From: Blasia pusilla
Lineage: Eukaryota
Length of the DNA: 64,000 bases
Assembly (NCBI GenBank): GCA_050084515.1
Contig: CM114271.1
Location: 3,844,001 to 3,908,000, forward strand
Reading direction: 5' to 3'
The position numbers and the translations under genes are program-made. Below the pieces are notes generated by a model. The model had not been told where the DNA came from. It ran no database searches and saw only the letters and a program-made list of their open reading frames with translations. Positions 34,652 to 48,560 of the stretch are shown here, piece by piece. Numbering within the stretch: the first letter of the stretch is position 1; the number at the start of each line of letters is the position of its first letter.

Positions 34652-36602
34652 GGACCTACATCTTGCTCCAGATACAGTATTGGTGGCAATGTATGCAGAC
34701 TGACGTTCAACTGTTTCTTGCTAGGTGCATGGTTTGTGATCGGGTCCGGGCATCGTTCAATGCTCCGACTCCACAGTTGCATCCACTTTCGATCATGGGT
34801 TTAGGTTATAGATGGAGTTTGTATTTTGCAAGACTTTTACTCGACACGGTGGTGGAGCTTCTCGTGGAGGAGGTAGAGTCCCACCACCTAGACGCGTCAA
34901 GGGAGACGTCGAGCGTGAGGCTGGGATGGTTGCTCAGATACAGCAACTATAGGAGCAGATTGTTGCTATGGCATTGAGGTTACTCGATGCCGGATCCGTG
35001 GCATCGACATCATAAGGAGCAGCCAGAGATATGGAGGATCCTGGTTGGGTGTGCGGGGTTTCCCAGATGGAGGCCGCCGTAGTTGTGACACGTGGAGCGG
35101 CCGCAGAGTTGGATCCACAGCGAGGGGAAGCCAGAAAACATACCAGGCTTCCTCAATCTTTCACGTTGTCTAAGGCGATGAGGACCCCATCGATGGGTCC
35201 TTATGAGAGTTCCTGGAGAGTTGGTGATGTTGTTGGTGTGCAGGCATGGAGGGTGATGGGAGAAGCAAGTGCGACGACTCCTATTGCTGATGCTCAAGAG
35301 GGGCATGTGTCCAGCACCTTGTTGGAGGCGGCCACCGTTGTGTACCGCGCTCCTTTATTTTCTGTTTCTGATGTTATAACTTTGGGAGGTACGTCCGCCT
35401 CGGTTTTTCGGCTGGCCGCTACGATATGTGAGCGTGGAGTTGGAGTTCCTGCATCACATTCAAAGGTGATTGCAGAGGAGGTGATGGACCTGCCCTTGGA
35501 GCTGATGCTTGGGCCGTCCACGTTAGATTCAAGGCAGGCTGCGGGTGCTAGGATGGCGGAGATGCCCGCTAGACCCACGATAGAGTGTGTCATGGCTTCT
35601 CCTGGTGTTGTTTTTTTGGATAACCGGAGAGAGGTCTTCCAGTTGGTGAGTCCATCCGGTAGAGCTTTTAGTCCGCAGCGTATCTTGTTGGATTCAGGAG
35701 CGCAACCCCTGATGTTGGGGAAATTGTCATTTAGAGGAGTGGATTTGACGAGAGCCAATGTAGAGGGTTGTCCATTCCGGATATAGACATCCTTGGGTGG
35801 AGTGAGTACCACATAGTATATCACCCGACAAGAGGTCGTGGTGAGGATTCGCTCGGGACATCCTACAGATGAGTCCGTGGTGCGAGCCCAGGCAATAGTG
35901 ACTGATGTAGAGTCCTACGATGTCTTGGTTGGTGGAGTAGTGTTATACCCAATGGGGTTTTCCTTGGATTACTGGGAGGAGTCAACGTCCTACAGACCAT
36001 GATGGCAGTCAAGTGATGGGCGCCTTAGCTCATTACTCGTTCGATTCATAGGTGCAGTGATCGAGCGACGGCCAGCGGAGATGGCGACCTTAGCGGCATT
36101 TAGTAGTGCCATCACTTGGCCTAGTGATTTGATTGAGGGACATGTCCATGCAGAGGATACTCCCATTCTTAACATTTCTATGGAGAGGAAGTGTCATGGT
36201 AGCCACATCAATCCGTGGAGGAGAGGTGCTGCTTTGGGGCTCGATTGAGGAGCTTCGACGCTTAGCCACTGTAAGCATGTGCAGACTGCGTGGAGCAAGA
36301 CGTTTGCACTAGAGTGTGATAGGTCAGAGGAACCCCAAGTAGTCAGGAGTGCTGCTATGACCCCTTTGGACACCACCCCGATTGTGTGGTGTATCCAAGA
36401 GGAGAGTATTCGGGTGTTGGATCTCTTTGGAGGGATCAGCAGCGGGTTAGCCGCTGTTTTATACGATGGAGTGCAAATGCAATAACACCTGTATGTGGAG
36501 ATTGATGATGTTGCGAGGCGCGCTTCACTTCACCATGTGGTGTAGTTACACATCCGGTTTCCCGACTTATTATCTGCGTCCGCCATTCAGGGTTACCAGA
36601 GC
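34652..36602 (+). mobile_element. Element 2: internal fragment of the DNMT-Gypsy family (integrase piece fused to gag end, protease and MTase N-terminus)
   Basis: 34652-34835 matches the integrase region of element 1 (LLQIQYWW...LGYRWSL). 34848-36602 matches gag end, RILLDSGAQ and IRVLDLFGGISSG. Confidence 0.88.
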
Positions 36603-37958
36603 ATCTTGGTCCTTTCGGGCTGTTGAGCCCGAGTTTACATTACGAGCAAGACGGGCTCATGGGTAAGGTTGCACATGGACAAAGTTCATGACGGATATGT
36701 CCGTGCGGGCTCGGGTACTTGCGGTCCGCACTCGAGCCCGCTTAGAGCCCATCACCGCGTAGACTTGGGTTGAGGGAGCCCGCAACTAGGCCCGTAGGGC
36801 GGGCTTAGCCTAATGGGTCTAAACATTGCCTCATAGTATATGTGTCAAAGTGGGAGATGTTTGTTGATTGGATGCATGTCTCTAAATATAATATCGATAC
36901 ACATGACATGCATAAAAGAAGATTTGGGGAAATATCATAAGTATACAATCAAACGATCGAGGACTCCAAGCCAGAACGGTCCAAGAAGAATAAAATAGGG
37001 AATCCCTAGGAACTGGCTCCCATACGTTGAATCCGAACCTCCTTGTAAACATAGGGGGCAACACCATTTTCTCCGAAAAAAATGCCCAACATCCTACTAC
37101 CTTATATAGCCGAATAATCAAGGTGTCCGTTTCATTTCTTAGATTTCTTTGCTTGTCCATAATTCAAAAATTATTTCATCTAGGTATGACGAGGCTGGCA
37201 CAACCATCCATGGGATCCGGCCCTAAAATGTACCTTCCCGCAAGAGAATACATATTATTATTGGAGAGTGCCCTCTTGATTTGCAAACCCCTATCTACTT
37301 GACATGTTGCCACTGGACAGCAAGAAACTGTTCTCATACTTCGGGAAACAAGAAAGAAATTTTGAACTTGTGTTCGGCATGTTAGTCCCTTCACTCCTGC
37401 GTGTGGCACGTGTTGTACACTAGTCTCTATTAGTGATATCATCCACTTTCCTGAACGTTACCCAAAAGCCTATTAGAAAAAACATCAAACTTACAAGACC
37501 ACTAAGGGTCCTTCCCCATGGGAAGGTCCCACGAGTCCTAGTAGTCTTGGGCTCGGGTCTTGTATTGTCAATCCAACATGTCCCTTTGCCAGTTCAAGTC
37601 ATTTTTTTCTCCCAATTTGGTTTACCGATTCTGTTGCGTTCCTGAAGACATCAACAACACCACGGATAATCCTCAATATTCCTAAATATAATATAAACCC
37701 TGAATAAATATAAATGAAAGTTCTACCAGTTCAGTAACAACCTAAAAAGTGTTCCATGGGGACCTAGCCGATGCGATGCAGAACTCGACGGACCCGAGAA
37801 CGAATCCATTTCCACCGCACGATCAGTTCCATCCACCATACGCGGCGTCTCAGGCGTCCAGGTGAAGTCACATCGAGCCTACGGGAGGATGCCTACGGAC
37901 CTCATCGTGTTCCTACGTGGCAGTGTGTCAGCCACTGAAAAGTCGCCACATGACTTCA

Positions 37959-38135
37959 CGATGCGACTACTCCGTGTCCTGTGCTCCGGCTATTCCTTCC
38001 CTTTCACGTCTCTGTTCCAAGCGAGAAAGAAAGAAAGAAAGAAAGACGATGCGACTACTCCGTGTCCTGTGCTCCGGCTATTCCTTCCCTTCCACGTCTC
38101 TGTTCCAAGCGAGAAAGAAAGAAAGAAAGGAAGGA
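37959..38135. repeat. Tandem duplication of an approximately 88-bp unit ending in (GAAA)n
   Basis: cgatgcgactactccgtgtcctgtgctccggctattccttccctt...ccaagcgagaaagaaagaaag occurs twice. Confidence 0.9.
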
Positions 38136-38909
38136 AGGAACGACGTCGTCACTTCTGACAGGGTAGGACGGACGGACGGAGCGGCAGGACTCCTCTTCCG
38201 GCCCAAAGCAGGTGCTAGAAAGAGCGTGGAATATGTCAAAGCAAAGGGCAGACCTCGACTTGGATTTGGAAATCTAGGAAGGCTCTCTGGTGCGGCGAGA
38301 CGGGAGGTGGAAGAGGTGAGACGAAGGAAGGAGTCGTCGTTGGCTTTCCGAGGAAGGGATGGCGGGGGAATGAAGGGTTCGGACGCATGGCGGGATCAGA
38401 AGATGGCTTTGCAGAGGGAGATATAGAGTTCGCGAGGGACTTGGGATACGGAGGGAAGTGGTGAAGAAGTTCAACAGGGTTGAATTGATCGATTGTGTCC
38501 GATAGGACTGTACCTAGCTGTGGCCTTTGTGTTCATGTGCATCTCAAGGAGAGGTTCCCGTGGATTGGAATTCTTCGAAGCTGCGGTTTTGTGTGACTTG
38601 ACAGATTGACCATAAGGATAACCCCATTGATCTCAGGACAAGCGTGACGCTGGTCGACGAGACGGGATATATGCGTAGGGTGTTGATCAATTCTGGCAGG
38701 ATCGGGTAGTTTCGGCGAGAGTAGAGAGATCTGGGCACAGGGCTGTGCAGGGTTGAGGGAGGAGGAGCAGTGGTTGCGCGGGGAGGAAGATACGGGAAGA
38801 AAGCGGTTAAATTTCTGGAAGAGCTCTTTGGACAAACACTCTAGGAAGGGCTTCCCAGTGTATAATTTGATTCGCAGGAATCACTAGGGAAAGGTGGCCA
38901 ACCGCGCAA

Positions 38910-39305
38910 ATGTCCGGAGGACTTATTCCATACCCTACCCAGCACCAGGTACAACTCAACGGTTCACAATGTCAACTCGTCTGCGTTTGGTGCGGAACCT
39001 TGCTTGTGTACCCTTATGGTTCCAATCACGTTCGTTGCGCCATTTGCAGCTTCGTGACAACCGTTCCGCCTCCGGTGGCTCACATCAATTGTGGGGGTTG
39101 TGGAGTAACCCTCATGTACCCAGCAGGAGCACACGCAGTGAAGTGTGCCTCTTGTCAATTCATTACATGTCTAACACCGGTTACTGCAGGGCAATCTCAA
39201 CCTCAAACGCAAACTGTAATTGTTGAGAATCCGATGACTATGGATGACAACGGGCAACTGGTTAGTAGTGTAGCCGTTGGAATTACATCCACCAAACGTA
39301 CGTAA
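38910..39305 (+). CDS. LSD1/LOL-family zinc-finger protein with two zf-LSD1 domains
   Basis: QLVCVWCGTLLVYPYGSNHVRCAICSFVT and HINCGGCGVTLMYPAGAHAVKCASCQFIT, plus the family C-terminal motif QTQTVIVENPMTMDDNGQLVSSVAVGIT. Confidence 0.92.
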   Translation: MSGGLIPYPTQHQVQLNGSQCQLVCVWCGTLLVYPYGSNHVRCAICSFVTTVPPPVAHINCGGCGVTLMYPAGAHAVKCASCQFITCLTPVTAGQSQPQTQTVIVENPMTMDDNGQLVSSVAVGITSTKRT

Positions 39306-42300
39306 ATTGATGGCTAAGTGTGGCATCGTGTGACATCCTAATTCACCATCCTTTACATAGGCCCATCACGATGGCACATGTTATTTACCGGTACCAGAGG
39401 TGAAATATGGCGACCCTGAGTTTGAAGACAGTCTGTTGATTCCCATCTTGAGGAACCTCTGTCAGCAGGAGAGCCACCAAATTGAACTTGTATTCCAACC
39501 TAATCTGGTTTTTGGGCTTTGGATCCTCGATTAGTAGCAGAGCAGCTTCGAAATGACCACCATAGAAAATGAAAATCAAGGTGTTCGCATGCTCGATGAA
39601 TTGCAGAGCAGTTCGGAAGTGACTATCCTGGTAAACAAGCTGAGAAACTCTGCAGTGGTTCAACATTTTGTCCTTGGTGTGGTTCAAGGTCTGCCAGCTG
39701 CAGAGGACGTCCCAAGGTCACAGGAAGAAATCTTAAATTGGCATTGACGAAGGGATCTTGGGGGCCGATGTCATTCGAGGCTTGGAGCATGTTTTCTGTA
39801 TGGTGAGGGCAGGCCGTACGTGCGTCAAGAAAAACACTATGTTTGAAAGAGATCAACTGCCAGCCAAGGGCTAAATTTAATATTGGGAGACATGTTTCTG
39901 GGCAATGCCTGCAAGAAAAGGTACTCCAGCGTAGATTTTCTCAAAGGTTAAGGATTTGTCGACGTACAGGAGAAGAAGGACAGCTGTATGCGGTGGTGGT
40001 GTTGGAACGTATAGGTGACAACAAGAGCAAGTATAATATGCTTTTACTGCGAGGCTATTTGGTACTTTGAAAAACAATTCAGAACCTTCGTGGTAGGTTT
40101 GAAAAACTCAATCTAGAGTACTTAAGGTTGTAATTCATGGAGGAGCTTGTGTTTGTCCGTCCTCTCTGAAGAAAGAAAGACGTTCTCGTCCAAGCCCCAA
40201 GACTAACTAAAAAAGAGAGTTGCTGATCTGAGCCTTGAAGACCGGAATCTTCAGGCATACGATGCTGAATAGTGCGGTCGTTTGCAAGCCGAGTGTTGCC
40301 TGTAATTCAACATAGCCAAACCGCTGTGCTTTGAAGAGGGTTTGCGCTGTCACCAGAGTCGATGGTAAAATCTGACCACAAATCGTGATATTAACCCATA
40401 CTCTGCGTTGCCTGCTGTAATTCTGAGAGCCTGCTATCCAAGATATTTCTGCTCTGTTGTTTGTGATGTTGGATTCCGAAAATGTAAAGTTGATTCTCGA
40501 TTGAGGCTATTCCCTACTGTAACTCACTTCTTGTGACTTGATATCCTGAGTAGCGTCTTCTTCTTAGTCTCATCTCATTTGATGTCTTCCCAGTTCACTC
40601 CTCAAGTACTGGCGTCAGCGCTTAGACAACACCGTACAGCAGTTCTCTCATCTATGTCTTCCCCTTGAATGGGTCCAGCCTAGTTTCTTGATTGCACCGT
40701 GAGATCTGAGTAACTACAGTACTTACACTAATGGATCAAGTAGATATATTTGGCAGTACCTCAATGTCGGAGTGTATCATTTTCCCCGCTCCAGAATTGG
40801 ATTATAACTTGCACACGGATCTTCAAAAGACGATGGTGGTCAGAACGAGTTGCAGTGGTCTGCTTGTTTCGGTTTCTGACTACTGGGAGCTATTTCTCAA
40901 ACGTTGTCCTGCTGTACGATTTCCAGAGTCTTAGACCTAATCTTCTGGGTGACAAAGTGTATACATACGGGGCCTTTCTTTCTGTGACTGCATGTCTTGG
41001 GAATATGAGCAGTTGGTCTCCTTGACTTACATCCTAAGCATATGAAGAACTACTCATTGCCTTGCACAAACCAAATTCTGGTTGCTGAGGCCACTGCCTG
41101 ATACTTACGGTTTTGATTGTATGTCATTGCGACGAGTAACTCTCAGATGCGAATTTTAGTTCAAAGTAACAAGTGCGAAGTTTGATACTCGATGCAGAGA
41201 ACGACCCTTTCTCCTGAGCGGAAACTGGTCATTCTACATCCCAATCAGACCAGTCCCATGCGTTCTCGTACTGGTCGAGCAGAAGGGCAGAGCAGTATTC
41301 GCGACGGTCCGTATGTAGTAATACCTCCACTGCAAACGTGAAGGAAGCTTTTATCCTTTCTTGCCAGAACTAACCTTTAAATACAACGTATCTCGTGTTG
41401 GCCGGCATGGTCCGTATTCAGAAAATCAGCGAGGGCTTGTACTTTCTCTGCGTACTGGTGGTACTGATTTGCAGCATAATGCTTTCCAGCCAAATTGTTT
41501 CCTTGCGGTGCAGGGCTGTCTGCAGTGTGAAATCATTCAACGATGCCATTATGCCTTTGTGCTTAAGGCCACAACTGCAGAATGTGTGGGACGCGGAGAT
41601 CTTAGAGGTGTCGCTAGGTTTTCTGATCCAGACGGCCTCTACTAGCTATGAATCGAAAGAAATTATGCACAACTGATTTTGCTCGTTTGTCCATCCGAAA
41701 ATCATTTGGAGTGTCAAAATGAGGTCTCCGTGCCTATGCGTGGGATCCCATGGACATCCGAAGACGTCGCAAGGACCCTCATTTTTGCGTTCATGAAAAT
41801 TATCAATGTACAAAATGCGTAACAAAATGCATCGGGCCCTTAGAATTGGCTACTAGACAAACTCTTCTTCCAGATATGAAAGATCAGTTGAGCTCTTTTA
41901 TCTAACGGCTTCGGTGACGCACCGAAATGGTCAACCCAATTGACATTCCTATGCCGAAGATCTAGAGCAGAACAGACGCCGATTCCAGGAGGAATATTTC
42001 ATATCTGAACTGAACGCATCATTATTTCCCAGCCTCCCGCTTAGCAATGTGGCATGTGCCGAAAAGGCAAACAAACTACACTAGCTCCAATAGCTCATGC
42101 GTCCAAAGCCAGCCAGGAGGGCGGGCAGGTATATCGTGACTCCTACCTTCATACATGTAGGCTTCGGCTTCAGCGGCTGCTCCCGACCTCGAGAACATTG
42201 GTACAACAGTTGTAGCGCTAGGCTCCGTGGGAAGTAGGGAGCTCCAAGAAGGGCGTGGACTTTCTGAGCGAACGGTCGGAGTTTCCAGACATGTCTGCAA

Positions 42301-44757
42301 AGTGAGCTAAGGACCTACAAACAATCACTTCGACAGTGTGGGAGGAAAGCGGAAGGCACGGTCCGGCAGCGAAAAGTTGCGCGATGATGGTTCAAAATGT
42401 GGATCTGCAAGTCAGAAGTGTGTAAAATGGTGCGCAACTTTACTCGAAACGCGGGAGAAGGAAATCCTTAGATTCATTTTGTGGACCTTCGGATCTTTCC
42501 CAGCACATCCGGAATATCTTTCATCGCAACCTAATGTCGGCCACTTTTCTCTGGAAGAAAAGTTTGTAAATGGTATTTTTGCCGTTTCAAAACTTTGTAG
42601 GGTTATTGTGTTTATGGGTTTTTCTAAGGGGTATGAAAGCGTAGCAGTAGAGAAACTAACTAATACGAGGTTCATCCAATCTTATGGTCCAAGAAAACCC
42701 TCAAGAAGGGACTTTGCGTTTAGGGTGCACGGATCCCCATATTCATTCTGTTTAACATGTTTCAATGGCACTCTTTACTAACTAACTCCCCAACTAACAT
42801 GACAAAAGTATTTTCAAGAGAAAGCGTCCTCCGATTATTATATTACTATACAGATTGAAGTTTGAATGGATTCAACCTCCACTATCCATAAATGCATAGG
42901 AGAAAGAGAAAGGCACGGTAGCAGGGGCAGTAATAATTTTCCTCCCACATCCAGAATATAACTCATCGCAATCTACTGTATGTCAATTTTGGTTTGAAGA
43001 AGTGTACACTCCTATCAAATTTAGGCTTAGAATATAAAACTTTTAGAAATGATTTTCTTTTCAACCCCTTCATTGGATATTAGGGAATGTCAAAGACCCT
43101 CATATTTGCAACCGCCTAGGTGATGAGGTAAGCTTGTAGAGAGGACGGTGCTAGAATTTTGTAACAATAAAAATGAGAGTAGCCCAAAAGAAAAGGGCAT
43201 GTGGAGTCTAGTAGAACATACGTCATTTCCCAACTGGCGGACATATCCTGGTGGACAAGATACACCGGATAGGGGATCTTTGACAGCCCTTTTTTAGGTG
43301 ATAATTCATTGGAGGAGGAAGGGTTTCGTGCGGTCACCTTCTGAAATGAAGTTTTCGCAATGGCGCAAGGAAAGTAGGATAAATTTTGGTGTGATATTCC
43401 GAGGCCCTCAAATGAATCTTTGCAACCACAATTTACTAGCGGGCAATACCGAATTCAAAAGTTTTAATAGCATGTTTTAATGTTGTTGAAACTTTTCTTT
43501 TCCATTTTAATTTTTATTTGCGGTAATAACTCTGTTTTCTTTCAAAGCCACCCCCCACACACACGTACACGTACACGTACATAGGATTTTAGTAGTGTAT
43601 ACGGATACATATCCAACTTTGGATGCACATTTCTAAAAATATACGTGTAAGTATTCCTATAGTTTTGTCTAATTTTCTTGGGTAGTTTGGGTACTTTACT
43701 ACTCCACAGCCCCACCATTCGTTTCTACCGGGCTAGTTAAAAATAAAAGAACCGCTCTCTTAAAAATTAATAATCAATACGCTAGTTTGATAAAATGGGA
43801 AGGAGTCGACTAGGTTGTGGGGGAGAAAGAATGACACTATTGGGGATGAGTAGAAACATAACGGGGGCGATTAAGTAGAAGTTTGGCCTCACTCCCGAAA
43901 TATGCAGAACTTTTTCTCTGCAACACAGTCTGGTAACCTGGTTTCAGTAGTACTGTAACCAGGTTACAGGGGAGAAGGGACGTGTTTTTCTGTGTAACTA
44001 TCCCAGCCCTAACTGATTCCTTCCTTCCTTCCTTCCTTTGTATTGATTGCGTGACGGAATCATTAGTCGTTGGCGTACTTTGGAATTTCGCTCAGGTCAG
44101 GTCGGGCAGCTAGCGCTAGCGCATCCCTCTCTGGTCAGTGGTCACTGGTCACCACTCCGGGTTCTTCATGAGAGCAGCAGAGCAGGGGTCCGGGGAGTTT
44201 TTTTACCATAGGGGGTAAATTTTTGGCACTAGGTTGAATAGACCCGTAGTTAAAAAATTTTAACCGGTTTGAAAAGGTAATATTTGAAACTCCCGGGAAA
44301 TTTCTGGAGTTTTTTTAAAGTGTTCAGAAATTTTCCGATATTTTATTACTCTCGGCAGTTCATTTCTGATTAATCGGAATGTTGTTGAGTTGATATCCGA
44401 CACTTGAAAAACTAACCGGAAAAAAATTTTCACGTACTCTTGGACTTAAGCCTCTTTTCATTTCTTCTCCACTTATGGAGTCTTGGACTTAAGCCTCTTT
44501 TCATTTCTTCTCCACTTCTGGAGTCTTGGACCTCAATGTTAATGCAAACATTCATTTCAAAGTTCACACTTTCTTTTAGTGCCCTTTTAGTTCACACTTT
44601 CTTTCATCCTTGGCAGGAATTGAACATGGCTAGGCCTCCCACCAGCTGGAAGCCAAGGATTTTACCCCTCTATAATACATTGAAGCTTTTAGTAAAAGCT
44701 TCAATGTATTAGAAAAGGGACCCCCTTATCCCTACCACTAAGCTTTTCCCCCTCATC

Positions 44758-47012
44758 TTACACATCCACAACAACTTCACTTGGGTCTAAGGCATTTAAA
44801 TTTACGCGAACTTCTGGTGGAATTTCTATCTCAAGAATATATCTCTCGGGATTGGCATACACATACCTAAAGTGTGCTGAATTCTTCCAAAGAACTACAG
44901 ATTCAACCAACAAACCTTCATAATCATCTATTTTCCCCTCCAAGGCAATCCTAAGAACAACATCCAAATGCTTTGTCATTAACCTATTCCTACTTTTAGT
45001 CTTGATCACATTTTGCACAGAGAAAGCTCTCTCACAAATAGCAGTACTAACACACTGTACCCTAGCAATATTCGCTAAAATGAGCAAGTTAGAGAACTTA
45101 CATTGCAAGGACGGGCTCCAACTTACCATAGCCCACAAGTCCTTGAAGTTCCGATCTTTCCACTCCGTCGTGGCCATGAGCTTAAATGATTGAAACTCTT
45201 GTTTCACAGCTCCTACACTCATTAAAGAAGGTTGCAAGTGACCTTTGAAGGGTAAGTCTGTCCCAAAATGTGCAGAGAGGTCATCCAATTCCTTACAACC
45301 CCAACTATTTAGTCCCACTTGCCTTGAAGGCATGTGCAGAGGATTCATTATCCTCATAGCACTAATCAAGTTGTTATCCCTAAACCGATCTCGTAAAGCT
45401 ACACAAACACTCTCAGAAAAATTCTTCTGAAACAACAAGGCAGCCTCTAGATCCTTTCCTGTCCGATTCCTCAACATTTCTATGTTGTGGAACTTTCTGC
45501 CCCTAATCTCAGATTGTAAACGTTTCAAGTAACCCCCTGAAGGACCAAAGTCTGGTAGAATGTGATAACCACTTTCTTCAGAGAAAGTGGAGGCATTCAG
45601 ATCAGGGTTCTCCATTACAAAATTCATTGTTATGGAAGCTATTTCAGAAGTCACTATACTACCTATGGTACTAACATCTACAAACTTATATTGGAACACC
45701 TTACTCAAGTTAGCAAGAAGAAACAAAATATCTGCCAAAAAGTACAGTTGATAGATCATCTGAAATGATCTGAGCTTGTTATACAAATTTGCAGCATAAC
45801 CATCATCTTCCGAAGGCGAGATATCTCTGAAATATGCAAGGATAGATTCCAGTGAGTCACATAAAGTAGTAACAGCCTGCCAACGCGACAACCAGCGAAT
45901 CTTGTGGTACCTCTTCATCACTTTATGAGAATCGTTCAACTTTTCTTGCAAAGTTGCAAGACCACACTTCCTCTTGGACGACCTTCTAAAATATCCAGCT
46001 ACTGCATTCAAAATTGAATCTACTTCTATAGATATTTCCTTACACCCTACACCTTTTGTTGTTAAAAAGCGGCGAGATTAAATCTGTCGCCCACACAATG
46101 CACAGACAACATAAAAGGATTTATCTTATGTTTCAGCTGAGATGCTACTCCGTTTTGGCTTCCTACCATAGTAGAAGCTCCATCAGATCCAAAGGTAACC
46201 AGTTTTGATCCCTCAAGTCCCGAATCCTTTATCAACTCCAACAAATTGTTAGTGATTGCGTTTGAACATTCCTCTGGACATTGGAGCAATCCTATAAAAC
46301 AACTCTCTACTTGCCCCTCATCTAAGTAAGTTGCAAATACAACAAGATGTCCAGTGGTGGATATATCGTGGACTCGTCAATCATTATCCCAAAGAAAGGA
46401 GATTGTTGCACTTTAGAAAGGTTCCTCCTGAGAAGAACCTGGCTAATATAAAAACACATAGCAGCACAACTTTTTTCATCTTGGTACAAGTCGGGATATA
46501 GGTGCATTCACAGATATCAATAACTTACACAGATTTGAGAACTTTGAAAATGGCAGGGCTTCCTTTGCAACGAAATATGCACATTTGAACAGAGTCAAAA
46601 GTGCAATATCACAAGTCCGATTTGTGGTGGCTATAGCCTTGGCCATGGATATGTTCCCCACATTCGTAGCCCATGCAAGCTTCATGTGCTCATTCGACTT
46701 ACCATGATCTGTGAAGGCCGAAACCTTACAGTTAATGGCACCATCCCTGGCAAAGGAGCTTTTCCCCTTACCCTGTCTACAGACTTTGCAAAAAATCCGA
46801 CCAGATTCTACATGGAATTCTATCCAATCGAACAAAGTATACCAAACATCCTTCCAAGCCAATCTATTTTTCTCACTCTGACTTGTCGGATGAGTATTTG
46901 ATTTGTCCCCTTCTCTCCCATCCGATGATCTTGACCTACTGTTCTCCTCTGCAAGGTCTTGACTAACTTCCTTGTGTAGCATCTCATTCATTGTTCGCTG
47001 TCTCTTAGCCAT
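44758..47012 (-). pseudogene. hAT-superfamily transposase (ZNF862/DUF4371-like with hAT C-terminal dimerisation domain), frameshifted
   Basis: N-terminal W...FDWI...IFCKVC...H..S..H zinc finger, FFGIMIDEST, FGSDGASTMVG, SVHCV, IRWLS and VSTAICERAFSVQNVIKTKSRNRL across four ORF pieces. Confidence 0.9.
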
Positions 47013-47579
47013 GTAGAGGCTCAGAGAATGCAGAACAAAGTTCACTAATGTAATCCAAACCCGCGAGCCCTACTGCCCTACCCAAGGCTCCACCTGGGAA
47101 AAACTCTAAGCGAAGCTGTGCAAGCTGCACAACATAAACCTGTCACTTAGTAGGTGCTAATGAAACAATGGAGCTCAAGAAAATGTGGATCTGAAAAGTA
47201 CTCAAGACTCGGCAAAAGATACAATGCCAATGCAATGTGAGCCAGAGCTGTCGATACTCAAGCTGGGGGGAAGATGGGGGATGGCGGGAGGGCAGGGAGG
47301 GGCTTGGAAAGAAGCAGACAGGCAGCAGCGGCGCCGGATCCCTGTCCCTCCCGTTGTAGTTCCCTTCTCTCGAACCCAATCAAAGTCTGCAGTTCAAACA
47401 AGGCACATAGCGAGCAGCAACGAGAGAGCACCAAAAAGCACCTACCTCACAGCGACGCGCAGCAACAAACAAGATAGCATGCGGGTGGAATGGCAAGATA
47501 AAGAAAATTCGAAAGCTCAAGCGAGCTTTGCTTGGATTCAGGAGGTATTGACAGGGATACAGTGGCGGACCTCCGCTCT

Positions 47580-48560
47580 ACCCCATGGACGATCGAGTGA
47601 GGCTACTGAGCCACCGAGGAGCCGGGAGCAGTCGAGGACCAGAGGGCCGAGGTGAGACTCTGAGACGAAAGGAGGCATGCAAATGCGAACCCCTCCACTC
47701 TACCCCTGGACGATCAAGTGAGGGCGCGGGGATGTGTGACTTGCGAGCAGTCGAGGACCCGAAAAGGAGATGAATAAGGCATGCAAATGCCAACGCAGCC
47801 AACCCCTCCACTCTAGCCGTGGACGATCGAGTGAGAAAGCCAATGAGTCGGGACTCGTCACTCCCGAGCAGTCGAGGACCTGAAATGAAAACGGAAGGAG
47901 ACGAATGCACCTTGCAAATGCCAACGCAGCCAACCCCTCCACTCTTCCCCTGGAGTCTGGACGATCGAGTGAGCTCAGTGAGGGCGCCGCGGAGCCGAGG
48001 AGTCGAACCACACGGAATGGAACTTTCTGGCGTCTGTTTTGTACCTAGAAGCTTTTCTCTCTTCTTCTCTCCAAACTTCGGAAGTTCAGAAGCGAGTTCC
48101 GTGGAGTCTGAACGATCGAGTGAGCTCAGTGAGGGCGCCGCGGAGTCGAGGAGTCGAGGACCAGAGGAATCGAGGAGACGAGGAGCCGAGCTGCCGAAGT
48201 GCAAGGAGACGGAAGCACACTTATCACAGTCTTAGCAGACGAAAGGATTGGAGACGAGGCCCAGGTTCGAGTCGAGGAGCCGAAGTGCAAGGAGACGGAA
48301 GTAGACTCGCAGAGTTCCCGCAGAAAAAGCATTGAGACTCGAGGACCGAGGCCAAGCACTCGAGGACCCGAATCGCAAGGAGTCGAAGGAAACTGGAAAA
48401 AGGGGCGACCGCCCTGCATTTAATGCGAACTTTGCGAAGTTGCGAACCTCTCCACTGAGTCCGCTCTACCCAGACTACCCCCCTGAGCCCCCTCGGAGCG
48501 AGTCGAGCGATTGAGTCTCGTCACTCGTGAGTCGTGACTGGAGTCTGGACTCCTCGACGA
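47580..48560. repeat. Degenerate GC-rich repeat array upstream of the hAT transposase
   Basis: Recurring gacgatcgagtgag, cagtcgaggacc, gcaaatgccaacgcagccaacccctccactct and gccgaagtgcaaggagacggaag modules. Confidence 0.7.

Noticed and set aside
47578-48514. Overlapping ORFs of 100-200 aa
   Set aside because: Products of a GC-rich repeat array with repetitive, motif-free translations.
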